From NCBI GenBank assembly GCA_038245295.1, contig JBBRSP010000006.1, forward strand, positions 128,001-192,000: a stretch of 64,000 nt of DNA, in the 5' to 3' direction. Source of the DNA: Candidatus Binatia bacterium (GTDB taxonomy: Bacteria > Desulfobacterota > Binatia > HRBIN30). Positions within the stretch are counted from its first letter, which is position 1; each line of letters begins with the position of its first letter. Below, in pieces: positions 38,809-47,280 of this stretch. The notes beneath the pieces were generated by a model. It searched no databases. It saw only the letters and a list, made by a program, of their open reading frames with translations, and was not told where the DNA came from. A program made the translations under genes and the position numbers.

Positions 38809-41550
38809 GTGCGATTTCTTACCTACCAAGATCTCGATATCGGTCCTTTTGCGACCAAGCTGGACAAGGTGCGCAGCGCCATTGAGCGCGACGATTTCCG
38901 GTCGGCGGATGTGAAGAAGCTGGTTGGCTCTGGTTACTACCGAGCCAAGCTCGATGACGCCTCGCGTTTGCTGCTGTCCTTCGTTCAGTTTCGCGGCGAA
39001 ACCGCTTGCCTGGCGCTCGAGGTCATTGCGCACCATGCGTACGACAAGTCTCGTTTTCTGCGCGGCGCCAGCGTAGATGAGACGTCACTGACCGACGTCC
39101 AGACCGCGGACAAGCTCGAGGCGGCGCCGATCCGCCATCTCCATACGACCCGCAGCACCTTTCACCATTTGGATAAGCCGCTGTCCTTCGACGACGCGCA
39201 GGCGGAGGTGTTGCAACATCCGTTGCCGCTGGTCTTGGTGGGCTCGGCTGGGAGCGGCAAGACGGCGCTCATGGTGCAGCGCCTGCGCACTGAGCCAGGG
39301 CGGGTTGCGTACATCACCGAGTCCTCCTGGTTGGCGCGGCTGGCGCGTGAGCTCTACGTCGCCTGCGGCTTCGATCCGGGCGAACAGGAAGCCGACTTCC
39401 TCAGCTACCAGCAGCTGCTCGAGACGGTGGAAGTTCCGAAGGGACGACCCGTGTTGTTCCGCGACTTCGCCGCCTTCTTCCAGCGGCATCGCCAGAAGAT
39501 CCGCTTTGCCGACGCACACCAATGCTTCGAGGAACTGCGCGGTGTCATCACCGCCGAGGCCGAGGGACCTCTGTCGACGCAAGCCTATCTACAGCTGGGT
39601 GTTCGCCAGAGCATTTTTGCGCCAGAGCAGCGCCAACTATTGTACCCGCTTTTTGAGGCGTGGCGCGCCTGGCTTTTGGCGAACGAGCTCTACGAGCCCA
39701 ATCTGGTGGCACACGCCTGCCTCGAGCGCATGACGGCGAGCTACGACTTCGTGGCGATCGACGAGGTGCAAGATCTGACCAATATCCAACTCACCCTGGT
39801 ACTACGCTCGCTGAAGCCTGGGGCGCGCTTCATCGTGGCGGGCGACGCCAACCAGGTCGTCCACCCGAACTTTTTTGCCTGGGCGAAGGTCAAGAGTCTC
39901 TTCTGGCGCGGCGCCGGGTTCGACGAAGCTCGTGACGTCTCCGTGTTGTCGATGAGCTACCGCAACAGCAATGCCGTAACCGCCGTGGCCAACCGGGTCC
40001 TCAAACTCAAACACGCGCGCTTTGGATCCGTCGATCGCGAGAGCACGGCATTGATGAAAAGCGCCGACAGTGTCGAGGGCGACGTTGCTTGCTTCGCCAC
40101 ATCGAGCCCTGCCGTCGCCGAGCTCGATGCGAAAACGAGCCGTTCGACCAAAGTGGCGGTTGTTGTGTTGCGTGATGAGCACAAGGCCGAGGCACGCGCG
40201 CGGTTTCGCACGCCGTTGGTCTTCTCGGTCGTCGAGACCAAGGGCCTCGAGTACGACAGCGTCATCCTGTTCCGCCTGATCGCCTGCGAGCGCCAGACCT
40301 TCGCCGCGTTATGCGAAAACGTCAGTACGGCGGACCTGCAGATCGAGGAGCTCGCGTATCGCCGCGCCCGCGACAAGAGCGACCGATCGCTGGAGGTATA
40401 CAAGTTCTTCGTCAACGCGCTGTACGTGGCGCTGACGCGTTCGGTCGAGAACGTGTATCTCGTTGAGGATGACCCCGAGCATCCTCTGCTGCGGCTTCTC
40501 GCCATTCGGCAGGAAGGCAGCACGGCAACGGTTCAGGCGCGGGCGGCGTCCATCGACGAATGGCAGCGTGAGGTGCACCGTCTGGAGCAACACGGAAAGC
40601 AGGAGCAAGCCGAAGCCATCCGGACCAAGGTGTTGCACCTAGCGCCCGTGCCCTGGAAGGTGCTGGAGGGGGAAACACTTGCACAGCTCGAGAAGGTGGC
40701 TCTCGCTCCGGGAAGTGTTTCATCGAAAGCCCGCCAGCAACTGCTCGACTTTGCGCTCTTTCATGTTGAAGACAATCTCGTCCTCAAGCTGCGCCCCGGC
40801 GACATGGATCACGTGGTCGATTGTCACAGGCTTCGGGCGCCGGTAAGGCGGCGCATGCTCGATGGCTTCGAAGCACGACACTTCAAGGGCGTACTGGACA
40901 AATGCGCCCACCACGGCGTTGATTTTCGCAATCCGCATAACCTGACGCCGCTCATGCTCGCGGCGGCCGCGGGCAATTGGCCACTCGTCGAGGCGCTGCT
41001 GGAAAGAGGTGCCAACCGCGATGCGCGCGACCACCTCGGACGCGCGGCGCTGCATTGGGCGATCGAGCGCGCCTACGACACTGCCGACTTTACGACCGGA
41101 GACTTTGGCCGTATCTATGATGCCCTGGCCGTGCCCTCGGTCGATTTACAGGTCGACGGAAGATTGATGCAGGTGGGACGCGAGCAGGGCGAGTACTTCG
41201 TGATGCAGGCATGTATCACCAACTACTCGCGTATCTTCGCGAGTGCCTGGTTCCGCCTGTACGGATTTTGTACCGCCCTCCTCATGCGCGACGCGTTCGA
41301 GCGTTTCCCCGAAGTCGTGGTGCGCGCGGCGCGGCGCAAACGCACATACCTGAATCACCTCTTCGCCCGAAACGAACGGGACGGATCGTACAAGCCGAAT
41401 CGCAAACTCTGGGTGCGAGCACGGCAAGGTTACTACATGTTCAATCCGGAGGTCAGTCTGAAGGTGCAGCAACGCGACGGCAGCGAAGCTTGGCTGCCCC
41501 TCCCCACTCTGGTTGGCCACGCGTGGTTGCAAAGCCACTCCTCACCGTGA
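38809..41550 (+). CDS. UvrD-like SF1 helicase with ankyrin repeats and a RelE-like N-terminus
   Basis: GSAGSGKT, IDEVQD, GDANQ, SYRN, KGLEYD and LYVALTR motifs; TPLMLAA and ALHWA ankyrin motifs; GTG start. Confidence 0.82.
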   Translation: MRFLTYQDLDIGPFATKLDKVRSAIERDDFRSADVKKLVGSGYYRAKLDDASRLLLSFVQFRGETACLALEVIAHHAYDKSRFLRGASVDETSLTDVQTADKLEAAPIRHLHTTRSTFHHLDKPLSFDDAQAEVLQHPLPLVLVGSAGSGKTALMVQRLRTEPGRVAYITESSWLARLARELYVACGFDPGEQEADFLSYQQLLETVEVPKGRPVLFRDFAAFFQRHRQKIRFADAHQCFEELRGVITAEAEGPLSTQAYLQLGVRQSIFAPEQRQLLYPLFEAWRAWLLANELYEPNLVAHACLERMTASYDFVAIDEVQDLTNIQLTLVLRSLKPGARFIVAGDANQVVHPNFFAWAKVKSLFWRGAGFDEARDVSVLSMSYRNSNAVTAVANRVLKLKHARFGSVDRESTALMKSADSVEGDVACFATSSPAVAELDAKTSRSTKVAVVVLRDEHKAEARARFRTPLVFSVVETKGLEYDSVILFRLIACERQTFAALCENVSTADLQIEELAYRRARDKSDRSLEVYKFFVNALYVALTRSVENVYLVEDDPEHPLLRLLAIRQEGSTATVQARAASIDEWQREVHRLEQHGKQEQAEAIRTKVLHLAPVPWKVLEGETLAQLEKVALAPGSVSSKARQQLLDFALFHVEDNLVLKLRPGDMDHVVDCHRLRAPVRRRMLDGFEARHFKGVLDKCAHHGVDFRNPHNLTPLMLAAAAGNWPLVEALLERGANRDARDHLGRAALHWAIERAYDTADFTTGDFGRIYDALAVPSVDLQVDGRLMQVGREQGEYFVMQACITNYSRIFASAWFRLYGFCTALLMRDAFERFPEVVVRAARRKRTYLNHLFARNERDGSYKPNRKLWVRARQGYYMFNPEVSLKVQQRDGSEAWLPLPTLVGHAWLQSHSSP

Positions 41551-41672
41551 CAATCTCCGGCGGCGGCGCCGGGTCTGGCGGGAATGTACGATCGAGACAG
41601 CAGGCAGCAGGAAAAAGCGGGACTCCTGTCTTTTGCCTACTGCCTCTCGCAGGTGGTCTTCGGTTTCCGGCT

Positions 41673-42335
41673 TCACCCGAACAACAGCGGGTGAAACCAA
41701 CGCAGCACGACGGTGACACCGATGGCGATCATCAATCGCAGCGCGCCAACTTCTTGCAGAGCCTTGCCAATGCCACCTCTGGTGAAGGGCAGGAACGGCG
41801 TGGCTTTCACGTACGCGTCGTAACCCTGCAAGCCGGCGGCGAGCTTGCGTTGATCCTGATGTCGGCAACCGACGATGGCGAACAGCGGCAGACCACCGAA
41901 GAAGGCAACGTCCGAGGCGAAACCATTGGGGACCATGTGCAATAGACCGAGCAAGCCGAAGCCCATGAATAACGGATGACGCGTGATGCGGGCGACGCCG
42001 CGCACGTCCATCGTGCCGCCGGTCATCGACGCCGGGCTCGGCTGCAGCAGGCCAAGCACCGCTAGCGACATCGCGATACCGATCAGCAAGTAAAGAAGCC
42101 CCTGCGTGCCCGGCCCGATCGGCACAGCCCAAAGCACGGGCCCGCTGTGTTTATGCCCCAGGTAGACCCTGACGAGCGGAACGAAGAAGGCGAGCGAGAT
42201 CAGCGAGTAGACTCCAAGAAAGGCGCGCTCACCGAGACGATCGACCAGCACGGCGCGCCAGCGGATACTCGACAAACCAATATGCGTCGCCGCAAACCCT
42301 AGCCACAGCAAGACGATCACGAGGGTGGCGTTCAT
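41673..42335 (-). CDS. NnrU family membrane protein
   Basis: F...H..L, Y.LISL, RITRHP, D.RK and T..LPF motifs. Confidence 0.85.
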   Translation of the reverse strand: MNATLVIVLLWLGFAATHIGLSSIRWRAVLVDRLGERAFLGVYSLISLAFFVPLVRVYLGHKHSGPVLWAVPIGPGTQGLLYLLIGIAMSLAVLGLLQPSPASMTGGTMDVRGVARITRHPLFMGFGLLGLLHMVPNGFASDVAFFGGLPLFAIVGCRHQDQRKLAAGLQGYDAYVKATPFLPFTRGGIGKALQEVGALRLMIAIGVTVVLRWFHPLLFG

Positions 42336-42447
42336 GAAGCCTCCGTTTCACCGCCAGCATTCCCCCAGGAACAGCCACGGCGCAACCGTCGCTACATTGG
42401 GCGGTGCGCGAAGATTTTCTAGGTACCGCATTTTGTCACCCTGACAT

Positions 42448-42637
42448 GTCATCCCGGCGAAGGAGACTGTCGATTTTCTCTGATTCATCGTTTGAAACAG
42501 CGCAAACACCCCCGTCATACCGGCGAAAGCCGGTATCTCCCCAGCATTTCCGGCCTTCCACTCGAGGAGATCCCGGCTTTCGCCGGGATGACGTTGCTTC
42601 ATTTCAGTTTATCGACAGTCTCTTCCGCCGGAATGAC
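42448..42637. repeat. composite CGTC-type REP element, copy 2
   Basis: Outer inverted arms GTCATCCCGGCGAAGGAGACTGTCGA / TCGACAGTCTCTTCCGCCGGAATGAC enclosing an inner REP doublet. Confidence 0.8.
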
Positions 42638-42720
42638 GGAGGTAGGGCTCGTTGGCCTGAGTTGGTTCGGGCTGGAAGATGACGGCAACGGTTTCGCGCC
42701 GCTGGTGTTGGGACCAGACC

Positions 42721-43494
42721 CTACCGAGCTGGGTACCGGCCCCGGAAGAGACACACCACCTGCCGCAACCGATCGTCTAGGCGGGCGATCGCCTCGCGTT
42801 CGATCTCCGCCGGCACGCCGCCGTAGAATGCCTCGGCCACCGATCCGGTGATGCAGGTCAGCGTGTCGCTGTCGCCGCCCAGCGAGATGCCTAGGCGGAT
42901 GGCGTCCTCGAAGTCGGTAGACTCCAGGAACGCCGTCAGCGCCTCGGGCACCGTCTTCTGGCAGGTCTCGTTGAACGTGTACTTCGGACGGATCTCATCG
43001 CAGGAGCGCGACAGATCGTAGCCGGTATAGTCGATGACCCACTGACGAATCTCCGCTTTGCCGGCGTCATGGCGGCCCATAAAGATCGACCCGGCAACGG
43101 CCTGGGCGCCCTTGATGCCTTCCGGGTGATCGTGCGTCACAGCCGTGTAGAAGCGCGCCTGCTCCAGCGTCTCGCCGAGTGTCGCATAGGCCCAGCCTAC
43201 CGGGCTCACCCGCATGGCCGCGCCGTTGCCGAAGCTGTGGTACGGTCCCATCGATGGATCACCAAGCCAGCGCCGGAACATGCCGCCGTAGCCGGCGTCG
43301 GGGTAGCGCCGCCCGTAGGCGCGCATCAACGCCGCATAGTCTGCCTGCTCGAGAATGGCCTGCGCCAGCGCGATCGTCAGGACACTGTCGTCCGTGAAGA
43401 AACTGCGCTCGGTGAACAGCGGAAAATCCTTGGAGCGGTGATTGTTCCACTCGTACACAGAACCAACGATGTCGCCGACCAGAGCTCCCAGCAT
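42721..43494 (-). CDS. ADP-ribosylglycohydrolase family protein
   Basis: MLGA..GDI.GS.YE, FTDD, S.GNGAAMR, TH.HP and GGDSDT motifs. Confidence 0.92.
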   Translation of the reverse strand: MLGALVGDIVGSVYEWNNHRSKDFPLFTERSFFTDDSVLTIALAQAILEQADYAALMRAYGRRYPDAGYGGMFRRWLGDPSMGPYHSFGNGAAMRVSPVGWAYATLGETLEQARFYTAVTHDHPEGIKGAQAVAGSIFMGRHDAGKAEIRQWVIDYTGYDLSRSCDEIRPKYTFNETCQKTVPEALTAFLESTDFEDAIRLGISLGGDSDTLTCITGSVAEAFYGGVPAEIEREAIARLDDRLRQVVCLFRGRYPAR

Positions 43495-43588
43495 CGGGAA
43501 ACGGTACCACATCGCGGCGCCTTTGCCCTGCCTCCTGACGCAACAGTCGTGGAGGCGGCAGATAGATGAGACTTCACCAACCGCTCTT

Positions 43589-43746
43589 TGCCACGGATGG
43601 ACACGGATGCACACAGATGAAGGCCCGTCGGGCCTGCGATGCTGGCGATGTCTGTTTACAAGCCATCGGTGTTCATCCCATTCATCTGTGGCAATAGGCC
43701 TGCGTTGGGTTGCGGGCAAAGCCCGCCTCGTGTCCTCCGTGGTGAA
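43589..43746. repeat. CACAGATG/CACGGA-type intergenic palindromic repeats
   Basis: GCCACGGATGGACACGGATGCACACAGATG ... CATCGGTGTTCATCCCATTCATCTGTGGC, plus a CGTGTCCTCCGTGGTG unit. Confidence 0.55.
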
Positions 43747-43885
43747 ACAACCGCGGCGGTGCCTACCTGGGGAAAGTTGGACGGGGCACAACCGTTCTTT
43801 GTTGAGAAATTTCCTTGAGACCGGGTACGTTCGTGGCTAACTTAGAAGGCAGCGCTCGCAAGTGGCGCCGGTTCTTTCACAGTAT

Positions 43886-44260
43886 GGGGGCGCACTGGTT
43901 TCGACGGGGGTCTGGAAGGTTGCGGTTGCGTGCATGGGATCCTGGGTACCATTCAAAACCCCAGGGCTGCTTAACTGCAGACAATAATTTCGCACTCGCT
44001 GCTTAAGAGCAACGACGTTTCACCGGTCCGAGCCTGTAGGCCTGGCTGAAGCGACGCAAATCAGGATAAGCGGTGACCGGTGCTCGGGGGTCACTGACGA
44101 AAAATCACGAGCTGGCTCAACGGAATCTTGCCGTAAAAGCCCTCCATAGCCTCGGCGACGGAGGGTGGGAGTCCGGTGAGTAAGATTAAATCACGGAACT
44201 ACGCACGTAGACACTGTAGCTAACCGCCTTCGGACGGGGGTTCGATTCCCCCCGCCTCCA
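43886..44260 (+). ncRNA. ssrA: transfer-messenger RNA (tmRNA)
   Basis: 5' GGGGGCG..GGTTTCGAC pairs with 3' CGCCTCCA (G3-U alanine identity pair); T-arm GGGGG-TTCGATT-CCCCC; tag frame 43977-44006 = ADNNFALAA-stop after TTAACT. Confidence 0.96.
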
Positions 44261-45604
44261 TTTCCCTAACCCCTTAACTCTCTTGGGGTTTCTCTCATCC
44301 GAATGCCCCTTGGGGCCTATTTCGGGGCCTATTGTCTCGGGTTGGTCCTGCCCAAGGAAGTTCATCAACGATCGGCCATGCCCGCGACGCAGGCCCGGCA
44401 TCCAGTTGCGATAGTGACGGAAGATCATCTCTTCGGAGGTGCCGCACACCTGCGCAATCCAACCCGGGTCTTCGCCGGCGGACAAGGCCAGCGTGATGAA
44501 CGTGTCGCGGATATTGTACTGACCCCGGCCAATGACGCCGATGCTCGAAAGCGTGGGATGCCAGACGCGTTTGGCGAGCCATTCTTGCGAGAGCGGGCGA
44601 CCTTGCGAGTCCGTAAACACGTAGCCATGTAGTCCGTGGTCCAGACTGTCTTGGCGGCGGCGTTCCAACATCTCGAACAGTGCTGGATCGTAATCACACA
44701 CGACCTCGCGCTCTCCTGTCTTTGGCGCGGCTTCGAGGCCACCCAGTCGCGGCGAGCGTCCCTGGCGCAGCTCGACCACCTGACGCGCCGGAGACAACCA
44801 ATCGAAACGGAGTGCGACAATTTCGTTCGACCTCCATCCGGTGCGGAACCACATGTAGTACAGATCGCGGAGGGTCTGGCCACTCACGAACGCTTTGCCG
44901 CGCATGTCCACTTGTGGCGGCAGGTAATTGAGGAACTGTTGCACTTCCTCGACCGCCAGCGGCTTGCTCTGTTTCCGCAGATGCTTCGTGAACCGTCTGG
45001 CGCTCGCAAGCTTCGGCACCGGGTTGCTTGCGATGAGCTGTTCCTCGACCGCATCCTGCATCGCCTTGTGCAGGAGTCCCATGTGGTTGAGCACGGTCTT
45101 ACCGCTCAGCTTCGCATCCGTAAGCGAACGCTTGAAGTCCAAGCACGCCGAGGATGTGATCTCGGAGACCAACAACTCAGCCATGCGAAACTTCGGGTTC
45201 TTGAGCCACGCCTTGATGACCGAGCCCTCGTGCAACCATGTTGTCGGATGCAGATCCGCTTCAGGCATCAGCGTATTGTCCGGCCGAAATGGTGAACGAC
45301 GGGCGTACCATTTCTCGAACCACGCTCGCAGCGTGAGCTGCTTTCCGTGAGTTCCCACGCCGCCCGTAGGATAGAAGACACAGAGTTTCGTCCCGTTTGG
45401 GAACCAGGCCCTATAGTCAAACCGCTCGGCCTCGATCTCGGCATTGATCAGCTGAAGATGCACCGTCCACTTCTTCCGATACTCGGCAGTGTCGGGATCG
45501 GTGATGTACTCCTTGCAGCGTACGCCGCGCCACGTAAAGCTGAGGTAGAGATGACCGTGCTTTGCCCCGACGCCACTGCGGTTGCGGCGAACCCCTCTAG
45601 CCAT
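44186..45604 (-). CDS. tyrosine integrase with arm-DNA-binding N-terminal domain
   Basis: L.FTWRGVRCKE arm-binding domain; TGWRSNE (R), PKT (K), YNIRDTF and RHY (Y); 3' end reads antisense into ssrA. Confidence 0.9.
   Translation of the reverse strand: MARGVRRNRSGVGAKHGHLYLSFTWRGVRCKEYITDPDTAEYRKKWTVHLQLINAEIEAERFDYRAWFPNGTKLCVFYPTGGVGTHGKQLTLRAWFEKWYARRSPFRPDNTLMPEADLHPTTWLHEGSVIKAWLKNPKFRMAELLVSEITSSACLDFKRSLTDAKLSGKTVLNHMGLLHKAMQDAVEEQLIASNPVPKLASARRFTKHLRKQSKPLAVEEVQQFLNYLPPQVDMRGKAFVSGQTLRDLYYMWFRTGWRSNEIVALRFDWLSPARQVVELRQGRSPRLGGLEAAPKTGEREVVCDYDPALFEMLERRRQDSLDHGLHGYVFTDSQGRPLSQEWLAKRVWHPTLSSIGVIGRGQYNIRDTFITLALSAGEDPGWIAQVCGTSEEMIFRHYRNWMPGLRRGHGRSLMNFLGQDQPETIGPEIGPKGHSDERNPKRVKGLGKWRRGESNPRPKAVSYSVYVRSSVI
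44312..44333. promoter_or_regulatory. putative integrase arm-type binding sites
   Basis: GGGGCCTATT direct repeat at 44312 and 44324, about 50 bp inside the att junction. Confidence 0.5.
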
Positions 45605-46052
45605 GGCTTCGCCCTCGGCGATGAAACGGCGCAACAGTTGTCGACGGCGCTGACGGTTCAGGTGTCTGCCGTAGCCACGCCTGGATCGCTGACCAGAAGA
45701 ACAGCAACTTCCTTCCCTTTCGCGCATAGTGCTCTCCTTGGCGAAGCTGGCCCGAAGAGACGATGGCGCGAAGCGTGCTCTCGCCCAACTTGATGCGTTC
45801 TGCCAGCTCGGCCAGCGTGAGGCACTCGTCAGGCCCAGACTGCGGCGTCGCGTTCAGGAGACGCGCCGCAAGTAAAGTCTGGATTGTCGCAAGCTCGGTC
45901 ATGAGCACTGGAATAGTCTCTCTCGATGCGTCCGTCACCACATCTTTCAGCGATTCAAGAAAGCTGGCGCTGATCGCTCCGCCGGTACGCGGATTGTCGC
46001 GCTGCGAGTCTGCGGAAGCGTCGGAGCTATGTGGTCGGATTGTCGAGTTCAT
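45597..46052 (-). CDS. excisionase-like HTH protein
   Basis: LTLAELAERIKLGESTLR..G.L..K.GRKLLF winged HTH; overlaps the integrase start. Confidence 0.75.
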   Translation of the reverse strand: MNSTIRPHSSDASADSQRDNPRTGGAISASFLESLKDVVTDASRETIPVLMTELATIQTLLAARLLNATPQSGPDECLTLAELAERIKLGESTLRAIVSSGQLRQGEHYARKGRKLLFFWSAIQAWLRQTPEPSAPSTTVAPFHRRGRSHG

Positions 46053-46960
46053 CGGGATGGTGAGGGCAATAGCCGCGCATCGGGCGGACCTTTGCCCCTT
46101 GTGCTGCGGACGTTTTCTCCCGGCGTCCCTTCCTTACTGTAGGGAAGTCCGGCGAGCTCTCGTAAGGAATGCGGCACCGCGCTCGCGGCCGCTCGCCAGA
46201 TCGCTCCCGTGGGGTCGCTCGTCACATCGTGCAGCGAGGCAAACCACACCGGGAGGGACGCGCGCACGTGAGCCACTCGCGCCCGGTAGCGTTCAAGCCA
46301 GACGGGATCGTGTCCAACGACGAGGACGATTTCCGGTGTGTCGCTCGGCTGCCAGTGGCTCGCCGTATAGCCGTATACCTTCTTCAAGAACCGCTGCGGT
46401 GTTCTCGTCTGATGTTCGACCTCGAGAGCGAACGTTGCGTGGACCTGATCGTCCCAGCCTACATCGAAGTGCGCGTCGGGAACGATTCGTCGAAGGCGCG
46501 GCGTGCGCAGTTCCCAGTCAGACCGCCACGACAGGATCGCTCCGCCGGTTGCATCGAGCCCCCGCGCCAGGTGCACGCGGACCGTGTTGATCGCGAGGAG
46601 GTGCTCCAGGTTTCGGTCGAGGCCCCGTGGGACGCGGTAGCGCTCATCGGCCGCTCCTTCATTTGCGAGAACCAGTCGTCCCGAGTTCGCTAGACTATAG
46701 ACGTTGTCTCCCGAGAGGCTGCGTACCCACACGCGCACAAGGCCTGCGTTGAGCAATCGGCGCAGGCACTTGTTCGTCGCGGATCGCGTGCCGAAGCACA
46801 TGGTCTGGATCTGCGTCGTTGTGAGGAAGCGCATCTTCGCCAGTGCTTCGAGGAGCCACTGATCACGATCGGTCAGGCGCACACGCGCCGCGTTTGCTCG
46901 CTTGAGTGTGCGGCGAGTGCGGCAGCACTTTGACAGCAAAGCAATCGGTGTCTCGATCAT
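46049..46960 (-). CDS. replication-relaxation (Replic_Relax) family protein
   Basis: LTDRD..LL..L...RFLTT.QI wHTH, H.LAIN and PD......ALEVE nuclease-like motifs; ATGA overlaps at both ends. Confidence 0.8.
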   Translation of the reverse strand: MIETPIALLSKCCRTRRTLKRANAARVRLTDRDQWLLEALAKMRFLTTTQIQTMCFGTRSATNKCLRRLLNAGLVRVWVRSLSGDNVYSLANSGRLVLANEGAADERYRVPRGLDRNLEHLLAINTVRVHLARGLDATGGAILSWRSDWELRTPRLRRIVPDAHFDVGWDDQVHATFALEVEHQTRTPQRFLKKVYGYTASHWQPSDTPEIVLVVGHDPVWLERYRARVAHVRASLPVWFASLHDVTSDPTGAIWRAAASAVPHSLRELAGLPYSKEGTPGENVRSTRGKGPPDARLLPSPSR

Positions 46961-47280
46961 ACGCTCTGCACCGGGTTCTTGAGACCAACCCCGCATACCT
47001 GGCACGGAATGAAGGGCGGAGCGGCGCCGCAGACGGCGCAGCGCGTGAACGCAAAGCCATCAAACACGTATCGACAACGCCCGCATTCGAAACGACCGAC
47101 CAGACTAACTGGCGAACCGCATCCGAAGCAGGGCAACGCGTCCCGACGGGTCAGCACAACCGCGCCAGCGAGTTGCTTGGTCCAGCGGTAAAGACGACTC
47201 GCCACGCCGAATGGTAGCAGCACCGCCCAAAGGGCGAGCCGGATGGTCAGCAAGAGCGAGCGGAACATCAGATCTTCCAT
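46957..47280 (-). CDS. small membrane-anchored zinc-ribbon protein (four CxxC)
   Basis: Hydrophobic N-terminus then CFGC, CGRC, CAVC, CQVC; start and stop overlap both neighbours. Confidence 0.72.
   Translation of the reverse strand: MEDLMFRSLLLTIRLALWAVLLPFGVASRLYRWTKQLAGAVVLTRRDALPCFGCGSPVSLVGRFECGRCRYVFDGFAFTRCAVCGAAPPFIPCQVCGVGLKNPVQSV

Noticed and set aside
38269..39036. 255-aa minus-strand ORF as an intact gene
   Set aside because: Only the last 75 or so residues are protein-like (PpnN C-terminus); the rest is off-frame or antisense to the helicase gene.
41585..41650. CAGGCAGCAGG..TGCCTACTGCCT weak inverted repeat as a terminator or ncRNA
   Set aside because: Pairing is too imperfect and there is no U-tract; probably a decayed intergenic repeat.
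37890..42851. Similar short ORFs MKQRHPGESRDLLEWK and MKQRKHPRHTGESRY at about 38.0 and 42.5 kb
   Set aside because: They are translations of the repeated palindromic REP element, with no coding evidence.
43815..44006. 63-aa ORF ending ADNNFALAA
   Set aside because: It is the tmRNA tag reading frame extended upstream, not an independent gene.
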